Assembly (NCBI GenBank): GCA_949291455.1
Contig: CASEVQ010000002.1
Location: forward strand, 5,763-69,762
DNA length: 64,000 bases
Reading direction: 5' to 3'
Source of the DNA: an uncultured bacterium
GTDB taxonomy: Bacteria; Bacillota_I; Bacilli_A; RF39; UBA660
Within the stretch, counting starts at the first letter, position 1, and each line of letters starts with the position of its first letter. Positions 18,492 to 29,307 of the stretch are shown piece after piece. The notes under the pieces were generated by a model, which worked only from the letters and a program-made list of their open reading frames with translations, searched no databases and had not been told where the DNA came from. Made by a program: the position numbers and the translations under genes.

Positions 18492-20093
18492 ATGAGAAGT
18501 CCATGGTTAAGTCGTGAATACGAAAAATCTAAAGATGTTATAGTTACAAAAATTAATGAAAATTATGAATTAAAAAATGAAAATACTAATACAACGATAG
18601 TATTAAATGAAGATGAATATCAAAAATATGAAAACAACTTATTTAATGAAATAGAGTGGGAAAGATTATTTTTAAAAGGGCTAGCAGTTGACAAAAATTG
18701 TAAAGATTTAGTGATTGATAGTTCTTTTGATGTAAGTAATAAAAAATTTATAAAATCTAATAAAGTGGAAAATTTTCTATTAAAAGTTGGAAACGAAAAA
18801 TTTGAAATACTAATAAATCCTGAATTAGGATCTTGGATGTCTTTTAGTGAAAAAGAATATCGAAGATACGAAAATAATGAATTGACACAAGAGGAATGGT
18901 TAAGTTTATTTATTAGAGGCTTAGCAGAAGATAAGGAACACACTGAAGTTGATTTTGATTTTCCACTTCCAGCCGATTATCCAAGTGTAATAGTAGTTAA
19001 TATTACTACTGGTTGTAATTTGAGATGTAAATACTGTTTTGCTGATTGTGGTCCATTTAAAGGAGAAAATATGACAGAGGATGTAATGGATGCAACAATT
19101 GATAGTATGTTATCTATGCCACAAGTAAAAGTTATTACATTTGAATTTCAAGGTGGAGAAGCTTCTACTAATGTTCCAGGCATGAGAAAATTTATTGAAA
19201 AAGTAGAATCCGTAAAATCTAAATATGATAAATTAGTAAAATATAGAACAGAAATTAATTGCATTTTAGTAACACAAGAACTTATAGATTTAGTAAAAGA
19301 ATTTAATGTAAGTGTAGGGGTAAGTTTAGATGGACCAAAAGAAATGACTGATCAAACTAGAGTTGATATTAATGGTAATGGTGCTTTTGATAGAATTGAA
19401 AAAGGAATTAAGAAGTTAAGAGATAATGGTATTTATATTGATGGAGCCGTTTGTACAATAGGACAACATAACGTTCATTATCCAAGACAATTAATGGAAT
19501 ATTTTGATAAAGTCGGAATGAACTTTAAACCAAGACCAGTAAATATTCTAGGTAGAGAAAAAGAAAATAATTTAACTACAAAACCTGGAGAATGGGCTAA
19601 ATGTTTTAAAGAAATGCATCAAATGAAAGATGAAATAGATGTTGAAAACTTTTCTGTTCATATATTTGAAGAAAACGTTTATACACCGATTAGAGATTAT
19701 ATTTGTTTAAGATATCCATGTGGAGCTGCAAGAGAATTAGTTTCAGTTAATCCAAATGGTGATGTATTTCCTTGCGATGGATTTAAAGGTGAAAAGAAAT
19801 TTGTTATGGGAAATGTTTTAAATGAAAAAATAGAAGATATGTTGAAGAAACCTGAAATAATTAAATTAAGAAATAGAACTGCTGAAACAATAGAAAAATG
19901 TAGTAAATGTAGGTTTAGAGGAATGTGTTGTTCTTGTTGTTATTCTGCTTTTGGAAAATTTGGCGATATTTATAGAGAAGATCCACATTGTTCTGATAGA
20001 AGACAAATGTATATTTATTTAATGCAGGCATGGATTCAAGAAAATGTTTTGAATAAGGAATTAAAGAATGAAAAACAATCAGTTGTTAGTTGA
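18492..20093 (+). CDS. radical SAM/SPASM peptide maturase with duplicated N-terminal domain
   Basis: CNLRCKYC, FQGGE, VSLDG; SPASM cysteines PCGA...PCD...CSKCRFRGMCCSCC...C. Confidence 0.92.
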   Translation: MRSPWLSREYEKSKDVIVTKINENYELKNENTNTTIVLNEDEYQKYENNLFNEIEWERLFLKGLAVDKNCKDLVIDSSFDVSNKKFIKSNKVENFLLKVGNEKFEILINPELGSWMSFSEKEYRRYENNELTQEEWLSLFIRGLAEDKEHTEVDFDFPLPADYPSVIVVNITTGCNLRCKYCFADCGPFKGENMTEDVMDATIDSMLSMPQVKVITFEFQGGEASTNVPGMRKFIEKVESVKSKYDKLVKYRTEINCILVTQELIDLVKEFNVSVGVSLDGPKEMTDQTRVDINGNGAFDRIEKGIKKLRDNGIYIDGAVCTIGQHNVHYPRQLMEYFDKVGMNFKPRPVNILGREKENNLTTKPGEWAKCFKEMHQMKDEIDVENFSVHIFEENVYTPIRDYICLRYPCGAARELVSVNPNGDVFPCDGFKGEKKFVMGNVLNEKIEDMLKKPEIIKLRNRTAETIEKCSKCRFRGMCCSCCYSAFGKFGDIYREDPHCSDRRQMYIYLMQAWIQENVLNKELKNEKQSVVS

Positions 20094-20697
20094 AAGTCAA
20101 GAAACAGGTAAAACTACATATTTATTTAATGAGATTAATAAATTAATTTCAGATGGTTTTGGAATTATAGTGTTAGATTCGGCTACTGAACACGAAGATA
20201 AATCATTATTAAAGAAAGTAATTAATAATAATAGTAATTCTGTTATTATAGGTATGCACGATGAAAAGCAAGTTGTTTTAGGTAATATACCTATAAGCGA
20301 TTTTATTAAAAATTTTATGGATTACTTTCCTTTTCGTGATGTTATAAAAAATAAAGATAAAATAATATGTTTTGATTTATCATTCTTTTTAGAAAAAGGT
20401 CATGAAGTTTATGAAGAAACGAATGATATAAAACAATATCGTTATTATAGAAATTTATATAATAATTTATCACAACAAATCGCATTATCATTAATTTTAA
20501 TGGAAAAATGTAGTATAATTAAAGATAGAATTGTTGTTATGGATGAGATAGAATTTCCTATTACAGACTATGATATTAGTATTTTGCAAAATAATTTGAA
20601 TTTTTTAGCGGCAGTGCATCCAGAAAATGCTTTTGGAACTTTTTATGAAAGTTTTGATAAAATTAAGTTTAAAAAATATCAAAAAAGAAAGGATTGA
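20068..20697 (+). CDS. divergent P-loop NTPase-like protein (HerA/VirB4-like fragment)
   Basis: LLVESQETGKT (degenerate Walker A), IIVLDSATEH, IVVMDE (Walker B-like). Confidence 0.5.
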   Translation: MKNNQLLVESQETGKTTYLFNEINKLISDGFGIIVLDSATEHEDKSLLKKVINNNSNSVIIGMHDEKQVVLGNIPISDFIKNFMDYFPFRDVIKNKDKIICFDLSFFLEKGHEVYEETNDIKQYRYYRNLYNNLSQQIALSLILMEKCSIIKDRIVVMDEIEFPITDYDISILQNNLNFLAAVHPENAFGTFYESFDKIKFKKYQKRKD

Positions 20698-22772
20698 TAA
20701 AGATGAATATTACCCCAGAACAATTAGAACAAGAAAAGCAATATTTAGAAAAGACATTAGAAGTAATAAAATCTCTTATCGAACAAGATGATATATCAAT
20801 ACAAAATAAAATTAGTGCTATTAATGAGATGAAAAGATACGTTTGGGAAAATAATGCAATGCTTGATGATGCTGAAATTGCGAGTGGAATGTATGATGTA
20901 AATAATGATGTAGGCTATACAAATGAAAATATAAAAAAATTACAAAAATTAAAAAAGTCATTAATCAATCCATATTTTGGTAGAGTTGATTTTGAAAAAG
21001 ATGGATTCACAGATTCAATATATATTGGAATAAATGGAATTATGAAAGATTTGGATTTCTATGTTTTTGATTGGAGGTCTCCAGTAGCTAGTCTTTTTTA
21101 TAATTATGGAATTGGACCTGCTTCTTATGAAGCTCCAGCTGGGATAATAAGTGGAAATGTAAATTTAAAAAGACAATATAAAATAAACGGGGAAACAATT
21201 GAAAGATGTTTTAATAGTGATATAAATATTGATGATGAATATTTACAAGAAATTTTATCGAATTCTTCATCTGATAAAATGACTAATATTGTCAATACTA
21301 TTCAAAAAGAACAAAATGAAATTATTAGAAATATAGTTGATAAGTATTTGATAGTTCAAGGTATTGCTGGAAGTGGAAAAACATCAGTAGCTTTACATAG
21401 AATTGCTTATTTACTTTATAAGGAAAAAAATCTTACTTCTAATAATGTATTAATATTTTCACCTAATGAAGTCTTTTCTGAATATATTTCGGATGTATTA
21501 CCTGGTTTAGGTGAAGATAATGTTTTACAAACTACGTTTAGTGATTTTGCTTGTTCATATATTAGAGATTATAAAGAAATAGAAAGTTTTACAGCATTTA
21601 TTGAAAGATATTATAAAGCTGAAGTTGTTGATGAAGAAAAATTCAAAAGCACAAAATATAAATTATCTAATGAATTTAAGAATTTTTTAGATGATTATAT
21701 TGAAAAAATTAAAAATCATATATCCTTTAATAAAGGCGTAATGATTAATAATAAAGAAATTACTAAAAATGAATTAAATCAATTGTTAAAAGATAGATAT
21801 TCAAGGTTACCATTTTTTAGTAGATTAGATGCTATTTCTGAATATATATGTGATTCAAATAATATATCATATAAAAAACATGGTAAAACTGTAAAAGATA
21901 AATTGTGTTTACTGTTAAATGATAGTTTAGATATAAAAAATATTTATTCTAGCATTATATGTTCGGACGAGTTTAAAATTAATTCAGGTATAAGCCAAAA
22001 TGAAACATTTAAAAATAGTAAAATTTTAAAATATGAGGATTTATTACCATTAATGTATTTATATTTTGAACTAAATGGTTATCCAAACGGTAATATGATA
22101 AAACATGTAATTATAGATGAAGCACAAGACTATTCTTTATTACAATTTGAAATGTTAAAGAAAATATTTGATAGAGCATCCTTTACTATTTTAGGAGATA
22201 TTCATCAAACTATAAATCCTTATTATATATATAATAACTTAAATGACATAAATTCTATTTTTAATCAAAAAGGTAGATACATTGAACTTTCTAAAACCTA
22301 TCGTTCCAGTGAAGAAATAATAAATTTTACAAATCATATATTAGGAATTAACAATGCTTGTTCTGTAAGAAAAAGTAATTCAATTCCAGTTGTTTTAAGA
22401 GACGTTACACGTGAACAAGTAATAGAACAATTAATTGATGATATAAAGCAAATGAAATCTAATGGAATGAAACGTATTGCTATTATTACAAAAAACAATG
22501 CAGAAACAATTGATTTATATGAAAGTTTGAGAGAACAACTAACTGATATAAATTTAGTAGATGCCGAAGGTAAAAAAACAATTGGGAATACAGTTATATT
22601 GCCATCTTATATTTCAAAAGGTTTAGAATTTGATGGTGTAATTGCATATACAGATAAAGAACACTTATATCAAGAAAAAGATAAATATTTATTCTATGTA
22701 GTTTGTACGAGAGCACAACATAGTTTAACTGTATATAATCAAAAGAAATTAGTTTTAGAAAGAAAAAAATAA
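20694..22772 (+). CDS. helD: HelD-like (RNA polymerase recycling) SF1/UvrD ATPase
   Basis: NPYFGRVDF, DWRSPVASLFY, IVNTIQKEQNEIIR, QGIAGSGKTSVALHRIAYLLY, DEAQD, YRSSEEI, KGLEFD and TRAQH are HelD-family signatures. Confidence 0.85.
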   Translation: MIKMNITPEQLEQEKQYLEKTLEVIKSLIEQDDISIQNKISAINEMKRYVWENNAMLDDAEIASGMYDVNNDVGYTNENIKKLQKLKKSLINPYFGRVDFEKDGFTDSIYIGINGIMKDLDFYVFDWRSPVASLFYNYGIGPASYEAPAGIISGNVNLKRQYKINGETIERCFNSDINIDDEYLQEILSNSSSDKMTNIVNTIQKEQNEIIRNIVDKYLIVQGIAGSGKTSVALHRIAYLLYKEKNLTSNNVLIFSPNEVFSEYISDVLPGLGEDNVLQTTFSDFACSYIRDYKEIESFTAFIERYYKAEVVDEEKFKSTKYKLSNEFKNFLDDYIEKIKNHISFNKGVMINNKEITKNELNQLLKDRYSRLPFFSRLDAISEYICDSNNISYKKHGKTVKDKLCLLLNDSLDIKNIYSSIICSDEFKINSGISQNETFKNSKILKYEDLLPLMYLYFELNGYPNGNMIKHVIIDEAQDYSLLQFEMLKKIFDRASFTILGDIHQTINPYYIYNNLNDINSIFNQKGRYIELSKTYRSSEEIINFTNHILGINNACSVRKSNSIPVVLRDVTREQVIEQLIDDIKQMKSNGMKRIAIITKNNAETIDLYESLREQLTDINLVDAEGKKTIGNTVILPSYISKGLEFDGVIAYTDKEHLYQEKDKYLFYVVCTRAQHSLTVYNQKKLVLERKK

Positions 22773-22776
22773 TTAT

Positions 22777-23307
22777 ATGAATAATATTTTATGTGGAAGT
22801 TCTTGTGTTAAATATATTTTAAATGACTTTTGTATAAATACAGAACAATTAAATTTAAAAATGACTTGGATTACCGAACTAGCAATTGCCCTAAAAAATA
22901 GTGGAATTAAGAATATAAGTATTTTGTGTTACAAAAGCAATTTATATTATGATTATAAAAATAATCCTAATATTGATTTGAGTTTTAATGGCTTTCATTA
23001 TATAGAAGAATGTATAAAAAATAATATTCCTATTAATGAAACAAAATTAAGTAAGATGGAATTGCTAAAAGAGGTAAAGCAAAATAAATTTATTGTCTTA
23101 TGTGTAGAATCATCAGTATTTAATAACATAAATATGAATGGTGGTCATTTTATAGTTTTAAATGGAATAGATAATAACAAAATAAGAATAATAAATCCTA
23201 TAAAAAATAAATATGAATATAAATTAGAAAATGTTGAAAATATTATTAAATATTGTGAAAACTATGGTTCTTGGAGAATATTAATTAAGGAGGATAACAA
23301 TGATTAA
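22777..23307 (+). CDS. stand-alone C39-like cysteine peptidase
   Basis: N-terminal CGSSC (catalytic Cys), GGHFIVL (His), IINP. Confidence 0.7.
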   Translation: MNNILCGSSCVKYILNDFCINTEQLNLKMTWITELAIALKNSGIKNISILCYKSNLYYDYKNNPNIDLSFNGFHYIEECIKNNIPINETKLSKMELLKEVKQNKFIVLCVESSVFNNINMNGGHFIVLNGIDNNKIRIINPIKNKYEYKLENVENIIKYCENYGSWRILIKEDNND

Positions 23308-23857
23308 AGTTATTGCATTTGATTTAGTTGGAGTTTTAGTTACAGAAAGAGATATTGACTTAACAACAGAAGAAGATAAGCTTGAAAGAATGTTTGGAAG
23401 TAATATCAATGATTCTGATTATTTAATGGAAGCAAGAAAAATAATTGATAAAGATTCAATTTTAATGAGAACGACCGAAGAATTAATTGATAAATTATAT
23501 AAAGTAAAAGATGAGAATTTATTTAGAAAAATAAAGGAAAAATATAATAATGTAAAGATTATTATAGCAACTAATCATGTATCATTTGTTAGAAATTTTA
23601 TAGGTGAAACTTTAGGGGTGGATTATTTGGATGATGTTTTAATTTCTGCTGAAATTCATAAAGTTAAACCTAATCCCGATTTTTATAATCATATTTTAGA
23701 TAAATTCGATTTAAAACCTGAAGAATTATTATTTTTAGATGACAATATTGATAATATTGATGGTGCAGAAAAGTTAGGTATAAATACTATTAAAGTAAAT
23801 AAAGACGCAGATCTATATAGCGAAATAATTAAATTTTTAGATTATAATTTCAAATAA
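23300..23857 (+). CDS. HAD-superfamily hydrolase (IA)
   Basis: IAFDLVGVL, ATN, KPNPDFY, FLDDNIDNIDGA. Confidence 0.9.
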   Translation: MIKVIAFDLVGVLVTERDIDLTTEEDKLERMFGSNINDSDYLMEARKIIDKDSILMRTTEELIDKLYKVKDENLFRKIKEKYNNVKIIIATNHVSFVRNFIGETLGVDYLDDVLISAEIHKVKPNPDFYNHILDKFDLKPEELLFLDDNIDNIDGAEKLGINTIKVNKDADLYSEIIKFLDYNFK

Positions 23858-23900
23858 AAATACCTAGTAAGCAAAAATAGTGCCTACTAAGTTTTCGTTT

Positions 23901-24293
23901 TTATATTTTTAAAGAATAGACATAATCAAATATTAATAAATTTTGATTAATGGTATTATTAATATTTTCATCATTAAAGTCAGTTTCATATATATTAAAT
24001 AACATTTCAATAGAAAATTTTTTCTTTTCAATTTTTGATAATTCCATATATTTAGCAGATAAGAATAATAATTTTTTATGTTTACCAAAATTAACAATAA
24101 CTTTGTTATAATTTGAATCCAATTTACTTAATATATCTTTTAAAAGACAAATTATATTATTTATGTCATAGTCAACTCTGAAATTGATATTTTCTAATAT
24201 ATTAACTGTTAATCTGACTTTATCAATATTATTTAAATTGTTAAAATTTTCTAGTAAATTTAATACCTTATATGTATTGTCGCTTAATAACAT
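23901..24293 (-). CDS. hypothetical helical protein
   Basis: RBS GAAAGGAAGG before ATG 24293. Confidence 0.6.
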   Translation of the reverse strand: MLLSDNTYKVLNLLENFNNLNNIDKVRLTVNILENINFRVDYDINNIICLLKDILSKLDSNYNKVIVNFGKHKKLLFLSAKYMELSKIEKKKFSIEMLFNIYETDFNDENINNTINQNLLIFDYVYSLKI

Positions 24294-24434
24294 TTTTACC
24301 TTCCTTTCAACTACCCATTCAACCACCCAAACTTGAGATACTGTTTAAATTACTTTAAATTTATTTAAAATAAAAGTCTTATTTTTAAAGGGTTTAGAGG
24401 GTTAATATTTATAAGAGTGCATGATATAAGATTT

Positions 24435-24533
24435 CACCATGAAGGACATCGTCGAGAGACGGTTTCCACTTTTTTTATACGTGTTTGCATTATAACACAC
24501 AAAAGTACACAACTTTTATAAATGAATAAGTTT
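24435..24533 (+). repeat. att core + terminator + arm-like module (copy 2, degenerate core)
   Basis: CACCATGAAGG followed by about 90 bp nearly identical to 13720-13808. Confidence 0.85.
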
Positions 24534-25023
24534 GAGGTTATATCAATTTAATTAGTCAGTTATAAATACTGAAATATGTTAAACACATATTCTTTTAATT
24601 GTAATCTCAATCACGTTATAATTCTAACAAACAGTAAATGTTTGTCAAATTTTCTTTTTTAAATTATCTTGAAATAGTAGAACGATGAAATTCTAAGTAA
24701 TTAGCAATATAAGAATTATTAAATAATTTTTGGCCATTCTTATTTTTTTGACTAAATAAAGCTTGAATTTTAAAATGGTCAGATTCTTTTAAATGATAAT
24801 AATGATTTTTTTTCTTTTTAATGTATTATTTGATTTAGACATATGAATTTTCATTTCTTTTTTAGCGAAGAGTTATTATAGATTATTCATATTTCTTTTT
24901 CAATGCATATTTGTTGCACTTCAAATTTAAATTAACATGTTTACAGTTTTTTGACAAAAATAGGGTTTTATGTTATTATAAACACTATTAAAAGGCAATT
25001 ATTTGCTATTTGGAGAGGGTAAT

Positions 25024-26814
25024 ATGGAAAGTAAATTTTGGAGAAAAAGTCCTATTAAGAAATTTAATACAGAGCAAACGATGTATTCATTAGTTACAGA
25101 TGAAGCAAAAAATGATTTAGACTTAGATGCAACAGGCTTTATGGGAAACTCTATGACATATAAAGAATTATTTGAGTCTGCTGAAGATTTAGCTAAATCT
25201 TTTAATGCCATGGGTGTTAAAGAAGGGGATAATGTTGCAATTTTAACTATAAGTATGCCTTTAGTTCAACAATGTTTACTATCATTAAGCAAAATTGGAG
25301 CAACAATGTCTTGGATTGATTTAAGAGTAAAAGAAAAAGACTTAATTAATTATATTAATAATGGTAACTGTAAAGCTGTTGTTGTATTTGAAGATCTATT
25401 GCCTTTAATTGAAAAAATATCTGGTTATATTAATGCTGAAAGAGTTATTGTATGCTCTCCAAAGGAATATCTTAAACCAGCAATAAAAGTTCTTGCTAGT
25501 TTAAAAGATAAAAAAGAAGGTAAAAAAATAGTTATGCCTTCGGATGATAGATTTGTTAAGTTATCTGATTTTATTAAAGAGGGAAAACATACTGGTAGTG
25601 TAAGTACTGCTGATTTTAAAATAGATAGGCCATCACTTATTGTTCAATCAAGTGGTAGTACAGGAAAACCAAAACAAATAGTTCATACAGAAAGAAACTT
25701 TAATTCAGAAGTTCAAAAAATGGCTTATGTTGATCTACCTTTCTATAAAGGTGATACAATGCATGTTTCAGTACCACCATTTATAATATATGGACTTGCT
25801 AATTCAATCTATGCTAGTATGGCATTTACAATGAAAGCCGAAATGACTCCGTTTGTAGATGAAAATACTGTTTATAATGATTTGGGTAAATTTGATATGT
25901 CTTTAGCTGCGCCATTACATTATAGATATATATTCGAACAATTAAATAATTTAAGAAAAGATATTGATCAATTACAAAAGAATAGTGATTTAAAATCTAA
26001 AAGTGAATTAAGAAAAAAATTAAAAGAATTAAATAGAGTATTAAATGGATTTAATAGAGCAAAAGTATTTGTTTCTGGCGGAGATAAAATAAGTGCTGAA
26101 GAATTAATAGAAATGCAACAAGCGTTTGATACAACTATAGTTAATGGTTATGGAAACAATGAATGTTTAGGTGCAACAATTGTTTCTCCAAGATTTGCAA
26201 ATAAACCTGGTAGCATTGGTGTTCCAATGCATGGAGTTGATATTAAGTTTGTTAATCCAGATACAGGGGAAGAAGCAAAAGCTGGTGAATTAGGTGAATT
26301 GTATGTTTCATCTGATAACTTATTTGTAGAATACTTAAATAATCCAGAAGAGACTTCAAAGATTAAAGTTACCGATGAAAATGGCAAGCAATGGGTTAAA
26401 ACTGGTGATTTATGTATAATGGACAGTGAAGGTTATATTATTCCAAAAGGTAGAAATAGAAGATTAATTAGAAAAGATGCCTTTAAAATAGCACCTGATA
26501 CTATAGAAGAAGTAATAATATCTTTACCTTATGTTAAAGATTGTGTAGTTGTAGGTGTTGATGATGAAAAATTCACAAGTGTTCCTATGGCATTTATTGA
26601 ATTAGAAAAAAATATAGATATAAATGATGTTTATGCTGATATTGAAAAGAAATGTGTTGAAGAATTACCAGATTATGAAATACCATCATATTTCGAACAA
26701 ATAGAAGAAATGCCTTATACTTCAAATGGAAAGCACGATTTTAGAAGACTTGAAGAATTAGGAAATAATTTTGTTAAGGAAAGAAAAGGAATAATTAAAG
26801 TTTTAAAAAAATAA
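25024..26814 (+). CDS. AMP-binding acyl-CoA synthetase / adenylate-forming enzyme
   Basis: SSGSTGKPK, GYGNNE, TGD, GR..RLI, NGK motifs. Confidence 0.92.
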   Translation: MESKFWRKSPIKKFNTEQTMYSLVTDEAKNDLDLDATGFMGNSMTYKELFESAEDLAKSFNAMGVKEGDNVAILTISMPLVQQCLLSLSKIGATMSWIDLRVKEKDLINYINNGNCKAVVVFEDLLPLIEKISGYINAERVIVCSPKEYLKPAIKVLASLKDKKEGKKIVMPSDDRFVKLSDFIKEGKHTGSVSTADFKIDRPSLIVQSSGSTGKPKQIVHTERNFNSEVQKMAYVDLPFYKGDTMHVSVPPFIIYGLANSIYASMAFTMKAEMTPFVDENTVYNDLGKFDMSLAAPLHYRYIFEQLNNLRKDIDQLQKNSDLKSKSELRKKLKELNRVLNGFNRAKVFVSGGDKISAEELIEMQQAFDTTIVNGYGNNECLGATIVSPRFANKPGSIGVPMHGVDIKFVNPDTGEEAKAGELGELYVSSDNLFVEYLNNPEETSKIKVTDENGKQWVKTGDLCIMDSEGYIIPKGRNRRLIRKDAFKIAPDTIEEVIISLPYVKDCVVVGVDDEKFTSVPMAFIELEKNIDINDVYADIEKKCVEELPDYEIPSYFEQIEEMPYTSNGKHDFRRLEELGNNFVKERKGIIKVLKK

Positions 26815-26886
26815 TAAATTGAAAACTGTAATGCTAAATTATAGTTTTTTTGTGCTATAATCGTATATAATAGGATGTGATGTTAG

Positions 26887-28803
26887 ATGAGCGGAACAAT
26901 ATTTTTAACTGTGTCGGCATTAATTTATACTATTGCAACTACAATTCTTTTCTTTAGGAAAGATACAATAAACAAATTAGAAAATAGAATATTTAAAAAA
27001 TTACTATTGGCTTCTATTACTTCTATGCTTGTTGAATTACTAATAATTATAACTGTAAATTATGGAATTATAGGAACTATAGTTCAAAAAACATTTTTGG
27101 TATGTTTAGTATTATGGCTTTCAATTTTTATGCTCTATACATTTGCTATTACTGTATTTGATGATAAAGAATCAGAAGAAAAAAACATAGAAAAATTTAA
27201 AGTACCGTATATTTTATTCGCTATTGCAAATTTAATTATTTATGGATTTATATATGCATTACCTATAGAATTTGTTTCAATTTCCGATAATGTTAAATAT
27301 ACAGGTGGCCCTTCTGTTAATGTTGTATATGTTGTTTTAGGAGTATATGTAACATTTATGGCTATTCTAGTTTTAAAGAATATTAAAAATATGCATAAGA
27401 AAGGTTATATTCCTATAATTGGTTTTATAATATTAATGGTTACTTCTGGTATAATTCAAAAAACACATCCAGAAATGCTATTAACAAATGCCGTCTTTGG
27501 CTTTATAATTTATTTAATGTATCATACAATTGAAAATCCTGATTTAAAAATGTTAAGACAAATGGAACTAGCTAAGGATCAAGCTGAACGAGCAAATCGT
27601 GCAAAATCAGATTTTTTATCAAGTATGTCTCATGAAATTAGAACGCCACTTAATGCTATCGTTGGCTTTAGCGAAGATATTCAAAGTCGTAAAAGTACAG
27701 CTGATCCTGAAATAGTAGAAGATGCAGATTATATCATGGAAGCATCTAAAACATTACTTGAAATTGTAGGAAATATTCTTGATATAAATAAAATTGAAAG
27801 TAATAAGATGGAAATAACTGAAGTAAAATACAATTACAAAGAAACAATTGAACAACTTTCCAAAATAGACGCAATTAGAATTGGAGAAAAAAATATTAAT
27901 TTTAAGATTAATTTAGCACCAGATATTCCTTATGAATTAGTTGGCGATAAAACTCATATAAAGGAGATAGTTAATAACCTACTTACTAATGCAATTAAAT
28001 ATACTGATGAAGGAGAAATTGAATTAAGTACAAGATGCATAAATAAAGGTAATGTTTGTAATTTAATTATTAGTGTAAGAGATACTGGTAGAGGAATAAA
28101 AGCAGAAAATATTAATAAATTATTTACTAAATTTGAAAGATTAGATGCTGAAAAGAATTCTACTACAGAAGGGACTGGTTTAGGATTAGCAATAACTAAA
28201 GCACTTGTTGATATGATGGGTGGAAAAATTAATGTTCAATCTCAATTTGGAAAAGGCAGTTTATTTGTAGTTCAAATACCACAAAAAATTAGTCAAATGA
28301 CTAATCCTAATCAAATAGTAGAAACACCTATTAAAGATCAAATAAAGGTTGGACAACAACTAGTTCAAGAAATATCTAAAGTAGAAAATATTGCAACTAA
28401 GTTTAGTGGGAAAAAAATACTAATAGTAGATGATAATAAATTAAATATTAAGGTCGCTCGTAGAGCATTAGATGGATTCAATTTTGAAATTGATGAATGC
28501 TATGATGGGCAAGAATGTTTAAATAAAGTTGTTAAAGGAAATGAATATGATTTAATTTTAATGGACATTATGATGCCTAATATGAGTGGAGAAACTGCTA
28601 TAGCAAAATTAAAAGAAAAAACTAACTTTAATATTCCTATAATCGCTTTAACTGCTGATGCAGTTGTAGGCGCTAGAGAAAAATATTTAAGTGAAGGGTT
28701 TGTTGATTATATTGTTAAACCATTTAACAAACAACAAATAAAAGAAAAATTAGACATTATATTTGGAAGTAGTAATTCAGCACAAGAAAATAAAATGGAA
28801 TAA
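26887..28803 (+). CDS. hybrid sensor histidine kinase (multi-TM, HisKA, HATPase, receiver)
   Basis: FLSSMSHEIRTPLNAI, NLLTNAIKYT, DTGRG, GTGLGL; receiver VDDN...MDIMMP...KP. Confidence 0.95.
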   Translation: MSGTIFLTVSALIYTIATTILFFRKDTINKLENRIFKKLLLASITSMLVELLIIITVNYGIIGTIVQKTFLVCLVLWLSIFMLYTFAITVFDDKESEEKNIEKFKVPYILFAIANLIIYGFIYALPIEFVSISDNVKYTGGPSVNVVYVVLGVYVTFMAILVLKNIKNMHKKGYIPIIGFIILMVTSGIIQKTHPEMLLTNAVFGFIIYLMYHTIENPDLKMLRQMELAKDQAERANRAKSDFLSSMSHEIRTPLNAIVGFSEDIQSRKSTADPEIVEDADYIMEASKTLLEIVGNILDINKIESNKMEITEVKYNYKETIEQLSKIDAIRIGEKNINFKINLAPDIPYELVGDKTHIKEIVNNLLTNAIKYTDEGEIELSTRCINKGNVCNLIISVRDTGRGIKAENINKLFTKFERLDAEKNSTTEGTGLGLAITKALVDMMGGKINVQSQFGKGSLFVVQIPQKISQMTNPNQIVETPIKDQIKVGQQLVQEISKVENIATKFSGKKILIVDDNKLNIKVARRALDGFNFEIDECYDGQECLNKVVKGNEYDLILMDIMMPNMSGETAIAKLKEKTNFNIPIIALTADAVVGAREKYLSEGFVDYIVKPFNKQQIKEKLDIIFGSSNSAQENKME

Positions 28804-29307
28804 TATGAAGTTGTAAAAGCATTTTCTGATATGTCTAACCCAGTAAGTTAAATTGATGTTACGAATGCAGTGCTTGATATAATCCATCAGTAGATAAATT
28901 TAAAGATATTGAAGTATATGTTTTTTTTGTGGATAGGTTTATTAAATACTAGATTAAAAGATTTCTATAATATATATGTATTAATAGATTCAAAAAATGA
29001 AGCAATAAACAAAGATAATTTGATTAAAGCCATTAAAAACACTTTCAAAAAAGAAAAACAAATATTGACATAAATAAATTTAAAGAAGTTATTAATGCTT
29101 TAGGTAGTGAAGATAACATGAATCATTTATAGAATTTATATGCAAAAGAAATATAATTTGACAATACGATTTTTGCTTTAAATGAAATAATAAATATATT
29201 AGAATCATAATTAATGGTAGTTAATTGAATATGATAACAATCAAAGTAGAAAAAAAATCTACTTTTTGTGTGATATAATAATATTGAGGTAAAGAGAGGT
29301 GAAAGAA

